IMG/VR virus record: IMGVR_UViG_3300027805_000006
DNA: 64,000 nucleotides
Strand: one strand, 5' to 3'
Source: a virus
Lineage: Duplodnaviria > Caudoviricetes
Part shown: positions 37,241 to 48,757 of the stretch, in pieces
Layout: each line of letters begins with the position of its first letter
Position numbering within the stretch: the stretch's first letter is position 1
Made by a program: the position numbers and the translations under genes
Notes under the pieces: generated by a model
Seen by the model: the letters and a program-made list of their open reading frames with translations, nothing else
The model's database searches: none
What the model was told of the DNA's origin: nothing

Positions 37241-40200
37241 AGTGGAACAGGAACTACCGCCATAACGACAACACTGGCAAATAGCGGAGTATCTGCTGCT
37301 TCATATGGTTCTGCTTCTCAGGTTGCAACATTCACCGTAGATGCAAAGGGCAGGCTAACAACTGCTGCTAGTACCTCTATTGCAATTACAACTTCACAAG
37401 TAACCTCTGGAACATTTGCAGATGCACGAATTGCTGCTTCAAATGTAACTCAGCACCAAGCGTCACTTTCAATTGCAGAAACGCAGATCACAGATGGAAC
37501 ACTTCTTGCACGATTAGGTTCAAATGAAACTGTGACAGGAACTTGGTCATTCAGTAATCCAGTTTCTGGTGCTACACCTACAACAGACAGTCACTTAGCA
37601 ACCAAGCAGTATGTAGATAATCTATCAACTGGCTTGGATATGAAGCAGTCAGTTCGTGCTGCTACTACTGGTCCAATTACACTCAGCGGAACACAGACTA
37701 TCGATGGAGTTGCAGTTGTTGCTGGTGATAGAGTACTTGTAAAGGACCAAGGCACTGCTTCTCAGAATGGTATTTATGTTGTTGCTGCAGGCGCTTGGTC
37801 ACGTTCAACTGATACAGATGGAAATCCAGCAGCAGAGGTAACTTCTGGGCTTTATACATTTGTTACTGAAGGCACAGTAAATGCAGACACTGGCTGGGTT
37901 CTTGCAACAAATGACCCAATAACGCTGAACACAACTGGCCTAACATTTGTTCAATTCACTGGTCTTGGTCAAATAACTGCAGGCGACGGTCTAACAAAAA
38001 CTGGATCTACTCTAAATGTTGTAACGGCATCTGCAGCAAGAATTGTTGTCAATCCTGACAGCATTGATCTTGCAACTGCTGGAACTGCTGGAACATATCG
38101 TTCAGTAACAACAGATGCATATGGGCGTGTGACTGCTGGTACTAACCCAACAACTCTATCCGGTTATGCAATTTCTGATGCCCAGCCTCTCGATGCTGAC
38201 TTAACAGCACTTGCTGCTCTATCTGGCACAGGCTTTGCTGTAAGAACTGCTGCAAATACTTGGGCACAAAGAGATATTGCAGTTTCGGGTAACGGTCTTT
38301 CTATCACGAATGGCACAGGCATTTCTGGAAATCCAACAGTTACCAGCAATGCAACGAACGCAAACACCGCATCAACTATTGTTTTTAGAGATGCTTCTGG
38401 CAATTTTTCTGCTGGTACGATCACCGCGTCTTTAAGTGGTAATGCTACAACAGCAACAACGGCAACTGTAGCAAACTCAATTTCTGTTCCTGATACAAGA
38501 AACGTCACAACAACCCCAGAAACAATAAATCAAAGTGTTGTTTTTGATTTTAAGGCAAACACCAGCAATGCGCTGTCTGATGGTGGAACATACCACGGGC
38601 TAATGACATTTAGACAGTGGGGTAGCACTACTGACTGGTCTGGAGGTAGAAGTCACCAGTTAGGATTTACTGACAATGATAATGTGTGGCATCGAAGTGG
38701 CACTTCAACTACCTGGGGAACTTGGTATAAACTATGGCACTCTGGAAATGATGGAAGTGGTAGTGGTCTTGATGCTGACCTACTTGATGGGCTTGAACTT
38801 CATACTGGAAGAAATAATGAAGTCAATAAAGTTGTAAGAACAGATGCAAGCGGTTATCTCCAAACAGGTTGGATTAACACCACCAGCGGTGATAATGGCA
38901 CAACAGCAATTGACCGTGTTTATGCCTCAAGTGATGGCTACATTAGGTACTATACTCCAACAAACTTTAGAACTGTTCTAGATGTTCCAACGCGCACGGG
39001 CGGAAGTGCTTCTGGTACTTGGTCAATCAGTGTTACTGGGAATGCAGGCACAGCAACAACTCTGCAAACAGCAAGAACCATTAATGGCATTTCATTCAAT
39101 GGTTCCGCAGATGTTGTAGTACCTTCAGACTGGCTGCACAGCGGAAGAGACTTTCCACTTGGCACTTTAGTTCAAACAACAATTGACTATTCTGTAACAA
39201 ATGGCGATCCTTGGGTTCTTGAGATCCGTGGTAACGCGTATGGTTCAATTGTACCATTTGAAATTCAGTACCAGGGGTACATCTACTCAGATACGATCAT
39301 AAATCACGGTGGATATTCAGTCGGTACCACGCTAACAGGACTAGTTGTCTTCAACTATGGTGGAAAACTGTGCTTCTGGTGGCCAAATCAGTCATACTGG
39401 CACGGGTACAATGTTCGTGTTTATACGACATACAGCGGGTATAAACCAAATACTGTTACGACCATAACGAATGAAGCGAAGCCTGTAAGCATAACAAAGG
39501 AAGTTGCTCTTTCATCTGGAATTAGACAGGTACTGCGCTCTGACAACTACAACTCGTATGCACCTACTCTAACTGGTACAGGCGCATCAGGAACGTGGGG
39601 CATCAGTATTTCTGGAAATGCTGCGACTGCAACAACGTTACAGACAGCAAGAACCATCAATGGAACATCATTCAACGGTTCAGCCAATATTACGATTACG
39701 GCAAATACACCCAACTCGCTGACCTTCAATAATGGTGGTGCTGGTGGTGCATCTGGATCTACCTTCAACGGTGGCTCAGCACTTACCGTTTCCTACAATA
39801 CAGTCGGTGCTCCATCTACAACAGGCACTAATGCATCTGGTACGTGGGGAATTAACATTACTGGAAATGCTGCGACAGCATCTGCATCTTCTACATCAAA
39901 CACTATGCGTGTTGCAGATGGAACAGGATGGTTAGGTGCTGGTTCAAGCATTTCTACATCTGGCGGTAGAGCAGTTGATCTTGCGCCAAATACATTTTCA
40001 AATGGCATATTCTTTGAATTTAAAAACAGCGGCTCTTTTTCAGGTCTCGGAAACTATGCTGGTCTAATCACGATAGCGCCTTGGTTAGGAACTACTGCAT
40101 CGACTGGAGATCCAAACTATCAACTTATATTTTCGCCTGCTGCTGTTAATAGTACCTCTGCACCCACAGTTCGAGTTCGTGCTGGTATTGATACTGCCTG

Positions 40201-42973
40201 GGGTTCTTGGTCAACTCTACTTCATAGTTCAAACTACAACTCATATGCACCCACTCTAACTGGTGGAGGTGCTTCAGGTACGTGGGGTATCAACATTACT
40301 GGTGATGCAGGCACTGTAGATGGCTTTAGTGCACAAATAGCGCAGGCTGCGGGTACAATCCCAGTGCGTGATGGTTCTGGATATACCTACTTCAACTACA
40401 TTAACTCAAATACTGGTAATGCTGAAAATCCAACAGTTAGCCAGGTAATTGTCACAAATGGTTCAGACGGCTTCTATAGAAAAGCGTCAATTGCCCATCT
40501 TACATCATCACTGTCTGGAACTGCCTCAAGTTTAACGGCTGGTGCTGTTACAGGCATAACTAATGGCACATACACTGGCGACTTAAATGCGCTCACAACA
40601 TCAGGTTTTTACCGTATTAACAATGGGCAGGCAAATTCTCCAAGTGATTATGCTCAGGTACTGGTAATTCACGGTTCCTCTGATACAATCACACAAATTG
40701 CTGGAGCATATTCAACTGGTACGCTTTTAACACGGTCTGGAAATCCATCAAACGTTGGTGGCGGTGGAGCGTGGTCTGCATGGCGAACTGTTCTCGCTGA
40801 CCATAACTACAATACATATGCACCTACTCTAACCGGTACAGGTGCTTCTGGTACCTGGTCAATCAACGTAACTGGTAATGCAGGTACAGCAACAACGTTG
40901 CAAACTGCACGCACAATAAATGGTGTTTCATTTAACGGTTCTGCCAATATTACGATTACCGCAAATACACCAAGTTCGTTGACCTTCAATAATGGTGGAT
41001 CTGGTGGCGCATCTGGATCTACCTTCAACGGAGGCTCAGCCCTTACTGTTTCATATAACACAGTCGGTGCTCCATCTACAACTGGCACGAATGCATCTGG
41101 TACTTGGGGCATCAATATTACTGGTGATGCAGGCACAGTAGATGGGTTCTCAGCATCGCAATCGATAACCGCGAACCACATTGTCGTTCGCGATGTAAAC
41201 GGGTATATCTTCGGTAACTACATCAATATGACCGATGAAGGTACGTCTGGTACAGCAGGTACGATCACTGGCATCATTGCAAAGCGTGGCGACAACTACT
41301 ATCGGAACACAAACGCTGCTTCAGTTGCAGCGTTCATCTCTGGACAAAACTTTAACACTACAGGAAATGCTGCGACAGCAACTAATGCAACGAATGCAAC
41401 GAATGCAACGAATGCAACGAATGCAACTGTCGGGCTAGCAACAAGCCGCTCAGGGAACTGGAATACTGACTTCTCTGCAACTACTTCAAATACACAGAAC
41501 TGGGGTGAAACGAGTAGTGGTGGACCATCGGGTTCATGGTACTTCCAAGAGAATATGCGTCACTCAAACAGCTCTAACGTTTGGGGTCGTCAAAACGCTT
41601 GGGGCTGGGAAGATAACGCAAACGAACTGTACTCTCGGAATGTCTCGGGTGGCACGTGGAGTAGTTGGGTTCGGTTCTTGAACTCTGCGAACTACAACTC
41701 ATATGCACCCACTCTAACAGGAACTGGTGCTTCTGGTACATGGGGTATCAGCATTACAGGTAGGGCATATCCACGCCGCTCTGATGGTGGTGATCTAAAC
41801 TTCTTCTGGAGTGGTCAGAGCGGACAACCAACTTGGCTGTGGGGTGGTACAGATGGTACTAATATGTACGTCTATAACCCATCAAACTTTAGTGTAAATT
41901 ATGCAACATCGGCAGGGTCAGTTGGCAGCAGCATTACCTTCAACAACGGTGGAGGTGGAGGTGGATCAGGTTCTACCTACAACGGTGGCTCAGCACTTAC
42001 CGTTTCCTACAATACAGTTGGTGCACCATCTACAACTGGCACGAATGCATCTGGTACTTGGGGCATCAATATTACTGGAAATGCTGCTACTTCAAGCAAT
42101 ACTTCTAGCATCTCAAGCGCTGTAGGTGGCGGATATACCTGGACAGGGCTTCAGCAGTTTAGAAGTAGTGCTGCAGTAGGAACTGCAGGGAGGTCAGGTG
42201 CATTTGAAGCGTTTACGCCAGGTAATGCAAGTGATGCTGCAACTATGTCATTCCACCGTGCTGGTTATTACGCCATAAATATGGGTCTTGACAGCGATAA
42301 CGTATTCAGGCTAGGTGGTTGGTCTGATGGTGGTAGTACCTACCGCCTTGCTGTCTCTTCTACTACTCTATCAGCACACAGATACGGTGGATTGTCAGTT
42401 TCTGGATCTTCCTACGGATCAATAAGAGTCGATGGTACTACAAACAGTTACGCGGGCACCTACTACGCAGATGCTTCCGGTTCTGTTGGTGGTATGTTTG
42501 ATACCTCCGGAAACGGTGGTGACTATGATTCTACAACTGGGTGGCACTTCTACTGGAACCGTAGTACTACCTGTCTAGGTATCGGAGGTTCATCTACTGC
42601 TTCTGGTTATAAGGCGTACATCAATGGAGCCCTGTATGCAACTGGGGATATTACTGCTTTCTCTGATCAAAGAATTAAGACAGATATTTCTGTAATTCCA
42701 AATGCCCTTGAAAAAGTCGAAGCTCTGCGTGGTGTTACCTATACAAGAACTGACAATGGTGATCTAGAAAGTGGAAAGCGATCCACTGGTGTTATTGCTC
42801 AGGAGGTGGAAAAGGTGCTTCCAGAAGCCGTCGTTCGGGATAAGGAAGACCCAGAAAATGGAATAATGGGTGTAAATTATGGAAATATGGTAGGTCTTCT
42901 CATTGAAGCCGTAAAGGAACTAAGCGCTAAGGTAAAGCACCTGGAGCAAAAATTAGAGAAATATGAGGGCTAA
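36608..42973 (+). CDS. Long tail fibre (2121 aa) with S74 chaperone
   Basis: Repeated NYNSYAPTLTG.GASGTW and TLQTARTING modules; TAFSDQRIK...YGNMVGLLIEAVKE C-terminus. Confidence 0.92.
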   Translation: MAVNRKFVVKHGLDANAISIDNLGALGSTFGLAGGHTLTLSTTNTTSVTLPTSGTLATTADLGGYQPLDADLTSIAGLAGTSGFLKKTAANSWSLDTNTYLTGNQTITFSGDATGSGTTAVALTLANSGVTASTYKSVTVDVKGRVTAGTNPTTLAGYGISDAQPLDADLTAIAGLAGTSGFLKKTAADAWVLDTNTYLTANQSITISGDVSGTGTTAITTTLANSGVSAASYGSASQVATFTVDAKGRLTTAASTSIAITTSQVTSGTFADARIAASNVTQHQASLSIAETQITDGTLLARLGSNETVTGTWSFSNPVSGATPTTDSHLATKQYVDNLSTGLDMKQSVRAATTGPITLSGTQTIDGVAVVAGDRVLVKDQGTASQNGIYVVAAGAWSRSTDTDGNPAAEVTSGLYTFVTEGTVNADTGWVLATNDPITLNTTGLTFVQFTGLGQITAGDGLTKTGSTLNVVTASAARIVVNPDSIDLATAGTAGTYRSVTTDAYGRVTAGTNPTTLSGYAISDAQPLDADLTALAALSGTGFAVRTAANTWAQRDIAVSGNGLSITNGTGISGNPTVTSNATNANTASTIVFRDASGNFSAGTITASLSGNATTATTATVANSISVPDTRNVTTTPETINQSVVFDFKANTSNALSDGGTYHGLMTFRQWGSTTDWSGGRSHQLGFTDNDNVWHRSGTSTTWGTWYKLWHSGNDGSGSGLDADLLDGLELHTGRNNEVNKVVRTDASGYLQTGWINTTSGDNGTTAIDRVYASSDGYIRYYTPTNFRTVLDVPTRTGGSASGTWSISVTGNAGTATTLQTARTINGISFNGSADVVVPSDWLHSGRDFPLGTLVQTTIDYSVTNGDPWVLEIRGNAYGSIVPFEIQYQGYIYSDTIINHGGYSVGTTLTGLVVFNYGGKLCFWWPNQSYWHGYNVRVYTTYSGYKPNTVTTITNEAKPVSITKEVALSSGIRQVLRSDNYNSYAPTLTGTGASGTWGISISGNAATATTLQTARTINGTSFNGSANITITANTPNSLTFNNGGAGGASGSTFNGGSALTVSYNTVGAPSTTGTNASGTWGINITGNAATASASSTSNTMRVADGTGWLGAGSSISTSGGRAVDLAPNTFSNGIFFEFKNSGSFSGLGNYAGLITIAPWLGTTASTGDPNYQLIFSPAAVNSTSAPTVRVRAGIDTAWGSWSTLLHSSNYNSYAPTLTGGGASGTWGINITGDAGTVDGFSAQIAQAAGTIPVRDGSGYTYFNYINSNTGNAENPTVSQVIVTNGSDGFYRKASIAHLTSSLSGTASSLTAGAVTGITNGTYTGDLNALTTSGFYRINNGQANSPSDYAQVLVIHGSSDTITQIAGAYSTGTLLTRSGNPSNVGGGGAWSAWRTVLADHNYNTYAPTLTGTGASGTWSINVTGNAGTATTLQTARTINGVSFNGSANITITANTPSSLTFNNGGSGGASGSTFNGGSALTVSYNTVGAPSTTGTNASGTWGINITGDAGTVDGFSASQSITANHIVVRDVNGYIFGNYINMTDEGTSGTAGTITGIIAKRGDNYYRNTNAASVAAFISGQNFNTTGNAATATNATNATNATNATNATVGLATSRSGNWNTDFSATTSNTQNWGETSSGGPSGSWYFQENMRHSNSSNVWGRQNAWGWEDNANELYSRNVSGGTWSSWVRFLNSANYNSYAPTLTGTGASGTWGISITGRAYPRRSDGGDLNFFWSGQSGQPTWLWGGTDGTNMYVYNPSNFSVNYATSAGSVGSSITFNNGGGGGGSGSTYNGGSALTVSYNTVGAPSTTGTNASGTWGINITGNAATSSNTSSISSAVGGGYTWTGLQQFRSSAAVGTAGRSGAFEAFTPGNASDAATMSFHRAGYYAINMGLDSDNVFRLGGWSDGGSTYRLAVSSTTLSAHRYGGLSVSGSSYGSIRVDGTTNSYAGTYYADASGSVGGMFDTSGNGGDYDSTTGWHFYWNRSTTCLGIGGSSTASGYKAYINGALYATGDITAFSDQRIKTDISVIPNALEKVEALRGVTYTRTDNGDLESGKRSTGVIAQEVEKVLPEAVVRDKEDPENGIMGVNYGNMVGLLIEAVKELSAKVKHLEQKLEKYEG

Positions 42974-43022
42974 ACAATAGGGCGCTTGAATAAATACATA
43001 TGTCACTCTTTAGAGACCTACT

Positions 43023-46000
43023 ATGCTAATTGATCGTCCACAGATAACTGAAACGTCATTCATTGAGAATGCTGTTGTTGCAAGCGGTGCAACAAATCCA
43101 GCAAACCCAGATATAGGTGAATTATTTTATAACACTACAGATCAGAAACTAATGGTCTATAGCGGTACTAGTTGGGTTGAAGCAGGCTCAACTGGAATTG
43201 CAGCACACGAGGCAAACGCGGCACTTCACCTGACATCTTCTCAAAATACGCTGCTAGATAATTTAACAGCATCTGCTGCTGAGTTAAATTATATGGTTGG
43301 GGTAACCAGCAGCGTTCAAACTCAAATTGATACAACAAACATAAATTTAGCCAATGAAGTAACGCGCGCAACTACTGCTGAAAATAGTCTTCAACTTCAG
43401 ATTACAAATAATGGAAGCAGTTTTACAACACATATTGGAGATGCATCTCTTCACCTGACATCTTCTCAAAATACGCTGCTAGATAATTTAACAGCATCTG
43501 CTACTGAGTTAAATTATATGGTTGGTGTAACCAGCAGCGTTCAAACTCAGATCAATTCAGCAAATACAAATCTAACAAACCACGCTGGCGATGCTTCTCT
43601 TCACCTAACATCTGGGCAAAACACCCTCTTAGATGGAATTACCGTAAGTTCTGGAGAAGTAAATCAACTTGCAGGAATTTCACAGACAACAACCATTCAA
43701 AATCAACTAAATGCTCGCCTGAAGTTGGATGGTACTACCACAATGACAGGCAACCTTGCAATGGGGTCAAACCGGATTACCGGGCTTGGTGCTCCAGTGG
43801 ATGCTACTGATGCGGTCAATAAGGACTATGTCGATAACACCGTACAAGGTCTATCTTGGAAACAAGCAGTTGTTGTTGCAACTGTTGCCGATATAACACT
43901 AAGTGGGCTACAGACAATTGAAGGAGTTACTCTTGCAACAAATGACCGTGTTCTAGTAAAGGGTCAAACTAATCTATCAGAAAACGGAATTTGGCTTGCA
44001 TCATCTGGGGCATGGACAAGGGCAAGTGATGCAAATACTTCTGCTGAACTTGATGGTGCTGCAGTATTTGTGCAAAGAGGCGCTACTGTTGCAGATAGCG
44101 CTTGGGTGCAGGTAAATGAGATTGCAACTCTTGGAATTAGTTCAATTGTGTGGTCAAGGTTTGCTGCTTCAGGTGGTCTAAATGCAGGAAACGGTATTGA
44201 TGTTACTGGTGCAGTCATATCAGTAAAAAATGGAAATGGACTAGCATTCTCTGGGTCAAGCCTTGTTGTCAATACAACTTCTGACTTGACATTTAGCGGT
44301 ACGCAATTAGCACTTCCAAATACTGGTGTTACTGCTGGAACATACGGTTCATCAACAAGTATACCATCATTTACTGTAGATGCAAAAGGACGAATTACAA
44401 GTGCATCTACAACATCTGCAGTTGGTACATTCCAAGCCGCAGATGCTGACCTAGATGCGCTGGCTGCACTTTCAACAACTGGCATCATTGTTAAAACGGG
44501 GGCTGGTACAGCAGCAACACGCACTCTTGAGGTTGATACAAACACTGGTCTGTCTATACTTTATGCAGATGGAACTGCAGGAAATCCAAAGATTGCAACA
44601 AATGCCACGTCAAGTAACGTGTCAAGTACTATTGTTGCAAGAGATGCAGCAGGCAATTTTTCTGCAGGAACAATTACTGCAAGTTTATCTGGAACTGCAA
44701 CTAATGCAACATATGCAACATCGGCTGGAAGTGCAGCAACTGCAACGGATGCAACTAATGCATCATACGCAACAACGGCTGGAACTGCAACTAATGCAAC
44801 ATATGCAACATCGGCTGGAAGTGCAGCAACTGCAACGGATGCAACTAATGCAGCAAATGTTCCATGGACTGGAGTATCAGGTAAGCCAACAACGATTGCT
44901 GGATATGGCTTAACAGACGCGGCGTCAATTTCACTGATGAATTCATCAGATTATCTTAACTTACCACCACTTGCCGGTGTATTGCGCGATAATAATGTAC
45001 CACTGTACTCAGATTTTAAATTCTCACAGGGCAGTTGGAATACATCAACTTTCACGTGGGTAGATAGCGAAGGTAAACAAGTTAAGTACTACAGTACTAC
45101 ATCGCCGCTCAGTTACAGCAACATGTTCCGTGCATATAGGTATTCTGATTCTGATTCTTGGATATTTGACAATGAACCTGTGACAGTTGGATTTGCACTA
45201 GGCACGGAAAAAGTAGGTCGCATTCTGAACATGGGCACAAACTATGCTGTTGTTCAGTTGTTTACTGTTGCACTACCAGAAGCATTAACTCGAACTGTGA
45301 TTGTAACAACCGGCGGCTCATCTGATTCTGCGGACTGGACAATACTTGCTGATGTATCATCTATTAACTCATCTCGCAACAGAGCCAATTATCTAGTAGT
45401 ACCAACTGCATCTGGCACACGCATCCTAGTTGTTTATACTGTATCTGAAGATGTTTATCTTACAGTGTATGATACGTCATTGAATGTTCTTAGAACACAG
45501 TTGCTTTACGAAGCACTTGTGATGATGAATACAACAGATACACTAGGCCAAGGTCGAGTTGCTCCAGCAGCAAATGCTGTTAGTCTGTTTAATTATTCTG
45601 GTGCAGGGTGTACATATCCAAGTACATGGGATCCGTTCAATCAAAAATTCCATATGCACTGCTCATCATATTACGTATGGACTAGTGCAACAGGTACAGC
45701 GAATGGTCAGGGCTTTGGGGTATCTATATCATGGTCAATTCCAAAAACTTGGATTGAATCTGGAGTTGGAACACCAACAAATTTAATACCAATTAAATCA
45801 GGATCATACAGATATAATCTTTTACCAGATAGCACGTGGGGCACGCAGACCGGCGGTATGTCAAATTCTTGGACTGGCGGTCAAAACGTTTCACTTATAA
45901 CCGATGAATATTCTGGTCAGATAATTGCTACATCAAAGGGGTCATTTGACTCATCAAGCACTGGGTCAACGTACAGATTAGTTTCAAATTTTGCATACCA

Positions 46001-48752
46001 AACATTTGATACAAGTCTGCTATCTCCTCAGATTGTTTCATCACATTCGCTTCAGATACCAGACGGTTCTGCCTGGTCAAAGTTGCTGTATTCATACTGG
46101 GGTCAAGTTATTGGCAACCAGATTCTAATGCTTTCACAATCAACGCGCTATGGTTCACGATTTGTTTTAGCGCAGTTTAGCACTACAGAATTCAAGTCTG
46201 CAGCAATAACCAATGATACGCTCAAGCTTGATAGCCCATCTGCTGTTCTTGACCCACAAAATGCTGTTGGTGTTCCAGCATCTGTTGCAGCAAACTGGGC
46301 TCCTGGAAACTTTGGCGTAACTGTTGCCAGCGGAGTTCCAACCTATTATCACTGCGCGCCTGGCCAGACAGTTTATACGATTACTGCATCAGGAGTTTCG
46401 CGTCTTTATACGTCTGCTGGTATTTCAATGCCAGCAATTCCTTCTACTATTTCAGGAATTTCAGGAATTGTTAATCAAAACGTAATTTCCTGGAACTTAA
46501 GCGTTGGTGCTCCTATATTTTGGGCAGTAGTTCGTTCTTCTACTGGTCAAGCATACGTTGCAAAGTGCACTTCAGGCTCTTGGACAATTCCTGGCGCAAA
46601 TATAGCACAGGCTGAAATAGATGCTGGTAAAAGTAATCGAGGCGATACGTCAAACTCGATATATTTTGATACCGGTGGGTCTGCACTGTTAACACAAAAC
46701 GGGCGTTTTATGTTTGGTGGTGCCGTACCTTTTACCGGTGGCACTTATTGGATCTATACTAGCTACAACGTAAATACGAATGTCAGCACTTCAGGTGTTC
46801 CAAGCAGCGCGTTCGCTAATATAGCAACAGCACCAGCAACGTATAAGTCTGCTGGTGGTTATCCAGGCGGAACATTTGGATATAGCACTACTTTGGGATA
46901 TTATTGGTATCTTGCAACTGGTGTTTATGATGCTGCATATTTCTGCTCTTCTCGTGATATTCGTACTGGGGCGTCAGTTACTGAAGATGAATGGGCAACA
47001 GCATCATCTACGCGTTTCCAGACATATATTACAACTGAGTCAGCGACTGGACTGGTAGCGTATATTTCTTCATATCCTCTTTTCATTGGTGGATATTATT
47101 GTGTTACACCCACGCAATCTATTGCACTTACTGCTTCAGCAGTAAATTACGTGTATGCAACAAAGGATAGCGCAGATAGATCAACCGTTCTTATATCTGC
47201 TTCAACAACGCTATTACCATCATCATTCTCTCGTGTGCTATTGGCAACAATTACGACTAATGCAACAAACATTACATCACAGATCACATATCCAATAATT
47301 CAAAAGGATGCTGTCGAAGATTTATCCAACGTATCTATATCTGGAAAAGCAATTGGTGATGCACTAACTTGGAACGGTACTACTTGGACTAATTCTGTAG
47401 TTAGTTCTTTAGTATCTGGAACACCCAATAATACTCCCAATACCATAGTTTCAAGAGATGGGACAGGCAACTTTAGCGCAGGGACTATCACTGCAAATCT
47501 AACTGGCACAGCTTCAAATGCAACTGGCTTAAGTGGAATCACTTCTGCACTGGGGCAACCAGTGCAGCCTGCAACAATAAGTTCTATTTTGGGTCAAGAC
47601 ACTAACGGTTCGCTATATCGATATAACCTCACTGCCCTGGGTGCATTTGGAATTCTAACAACTTCCAACTACAACTCATATGCACCTACTCTAACTGGCA
47701 CTGGTGCTTCAGGCACCTGGTCAATCAACGTAACAGGTAATGCAGACACAGCAACAACGTTGCAAACAGCAAGAACCATAAATGGTACATCATTCAATGG
47801 TTCCGCCAATATTACAATTACTGCTAATACGCCAAATTCAGTCACATTTAACAATGGTGGCGCTGGCGATACATCTGGATCTACTTTCAATGGCAGTGTT
47901 GCTAGAACTATTTCATACAATACATTAGGCGCCCCATCAACAACTGGCACTAACGCATCTGGTACCTGGGGCATCAGCATTCTGGGAAGCGCTGCTACGC
48001 TAACTACGTCAAGATTTATTAATGGTACATTATTTAACGGGGGTGCAAGCATCAATTTCTTTGATGCTTTTGATTCAGGGGTGGCATCACCTAGTCCAAC
48101 ATCACTTACCGCAAATACTATCAGGGGGTTTGATGCTTACAGCAGCACAGATTTCCCAGGAGCCTACTATACGGGTCTTACAATTAATGGTGCAGCAGGA
48201 GTACGTTCTGCGCAACTTGCCTTCAACTGGAATTCAGAAGAGGCTGCACCAACACTAGTATATTTTAGAACAAATGATGATACCAGCGACGCACCTACCT
48301 GGAGTGCGTGGAGAAGAATTCTTGTAGATGGTACTACAGCAACATTTGCAAATGGTTCTTTAGCCGCACCGTCAATTGCATTTGCCGATGAAACAACTCT
48401 TGGCTTCTATCGCACAACTGGAACAATCAACGCAACTGGCAACTTCATTGCAACTGGAAACGTTGGCGCTTTCTCTGATGAACGTATTAAGAAGAACATT
48501 CAACCAATTGAGAGCGCACTTTCAAAGGTTCAGCAGATCAATGGTGTAAGTTTCGAGCGTGTTGATGATACATCAGGAAAGAGATATGTTGGTGTAATTG
48601 CTCAGCAGGTCGAAAGAGTTCTTCCTGAGGTAGTTGAACAAAACAATGATGGAATGAAGTCAGTTGCCTACGGAAATATGGTTGGTCTTCTTGTTGAAGC
48701 AATTAAGGAACTCAAGGCTGAAATTGAGGAACTGAAGAAGAATAGGGGTTAA
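43023..48752 (+). CDS. Long tail fibre (1909 aa) with a large central domain and S74 chaperone
   Basis: DAVNKDYVD, GLSWKQAV fibre modules; GAFSDERIK...YGNMVGLLVEAIKE. Confidence 0.92.
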   Translation: MLIDRPQITETSFIENAVVASGATNPANPDIGELFYNTTDQKLMVYSGTSWVEAGSTGIAAHEANAALHLTSSQNTLLDNLTASAAELNYMVGVTSSVQTQIDTTNINLANEVTRATTAENSLQLQITNNGSSFTTHIGDASLHLTSSQNTLLDNLTASATELNYMVGVTSSVQTQINSANTNLTNHAGDASLHLTSGQNTLLDGITVSSGEVNQLAGISQTTTIQNQLNARLKLDGTTTMTGNLAMGSNRITGLGAPVDATDAVNKDYVDNTVQGLSWKQAVVVATVADITLSGLQTIEGVTLATNDRVLVKGQTNLSENGIWLASSGAWTRASDANTSAELDGAAVFVQRGATVADSAWVQVNEIATLGISSIVWSRFAASGGLNAGNGIDVTGAVISVKNGNGLAFSGSSLVVNTTSDLTFSGTQLALPNTGVTAGTYGSSTSIPSFTVDAKGRITSASTTSAVGTFQAADADLDALAALSTTGIIVKTGAGTAATRTLEVDTNTGLSILYADGTAGNPKIATNATSSNVSSTIVARDAAGNFSAGTITASLSGTATNATYATSAGSAATATDATNASYATTAGTATNATYATSAGSAATATDATNAANVPWTGVSGKPTTIAGYGLTDAASISLMNSSDYLNLPPLAGVLRDNNVPLYSDFKFSQGSWNTSTFTWVDSEGKQVKYYSTTSPLSYSNMFRAYRYSDSDSWIFDNEPVTVGFALGTEKVGRILNMGTNYAVVQLFTVALPEALTRTVIVTTGGSSDSADWTILADVSSINSSRNRANYLVVPTASGTRILVVYTVSEDVYLTVYDTSLNVLRTQLLYEALVMMNTTDTLGQGRVAPAANAVSLFNYSGAGCTYPSTWDPFNQKFHMHCSSYYVWTSATGTANGQGFGVSISWSIPKTWIESGVGTPTNLIPIKSGSYRYNLLPDSTWGTQTGGMSNSWTGGQNVSLITDEYSGQIIATSKGSFDSSSTGSTYRLVSNFAYQTFDTSLLSPQIVSSHSLQIPDGSAWSKLLYSYWGQVIGNQILMLSQSTRYGSRFVLAQFSTTEFKSAAITNDTLKLDSPSAVLDPQNAVGVPASVAANWAPGNFGVTVASGVPTYYHCAPGQTVYTITASGVSRLYTSAGISMPAIPSTISGISGIVNQNVISWNLSVGAPIFWAVVRSSTGQAYVAKCTSGSWTIPGANIAQAEIDAGKSNRGDTSNSIYFDTGGSALLTQNGRFMFGGAVPFTGGTYWIYTSYNVNTNVSTSGVPSSAFANIATAPATYKSAGGYPGGTFGYSTTLGYYWYLATGVYDAAYFCSSRDIRTGASVTEDEWATASSTRFQTYITTESATGLVAYISSYPLFIGGYYCVTPTQSIALTASAVNYVYATKDSADRSTVLISASTTLLPSSFSRVLLATITTNATNITSQITYPIIQKDAVEDLSNVSISGKAIGDALTWNGTTWTNSVVSSLVSGTPNNTPNTIVSRDGTGNFSAGTITANLTGTASNATGLSGITSALGQPVQPATISSILGQDTNGSLYRYNLTALGAFGILTTSNYNSYAPTLTGTGASGTWSINVTGNADTATTLQTARTINGTSFNGSANITITANTPNSVTFNNGGAGDTSGSTFNGSVARTISYNTLGAPSTTGTNASGTWGISILGSAATLTTSRFINGTLFNGGASINFFDAFDSGVASPSPTSLTANTIRGFDAYSSTDFPGAYYTGLTINGAAGVRSAQLAFNWNSEEAAPTLVYFRTNDDTSDAPTWSAWRRILVDGTTATFANGSLAAPSIAFADETTLGFYRTTGTINATGNFIATGNVGAFSDERIKKNIQPIESALSKVQQINGVSFERVDDTSGKRYVGVIAQQVERVLPEVVEQNNDGMKSVAYGNMVGLLVEAIKELKAEIEELKKNRG

Positions 48753-48757
48753 GCACT

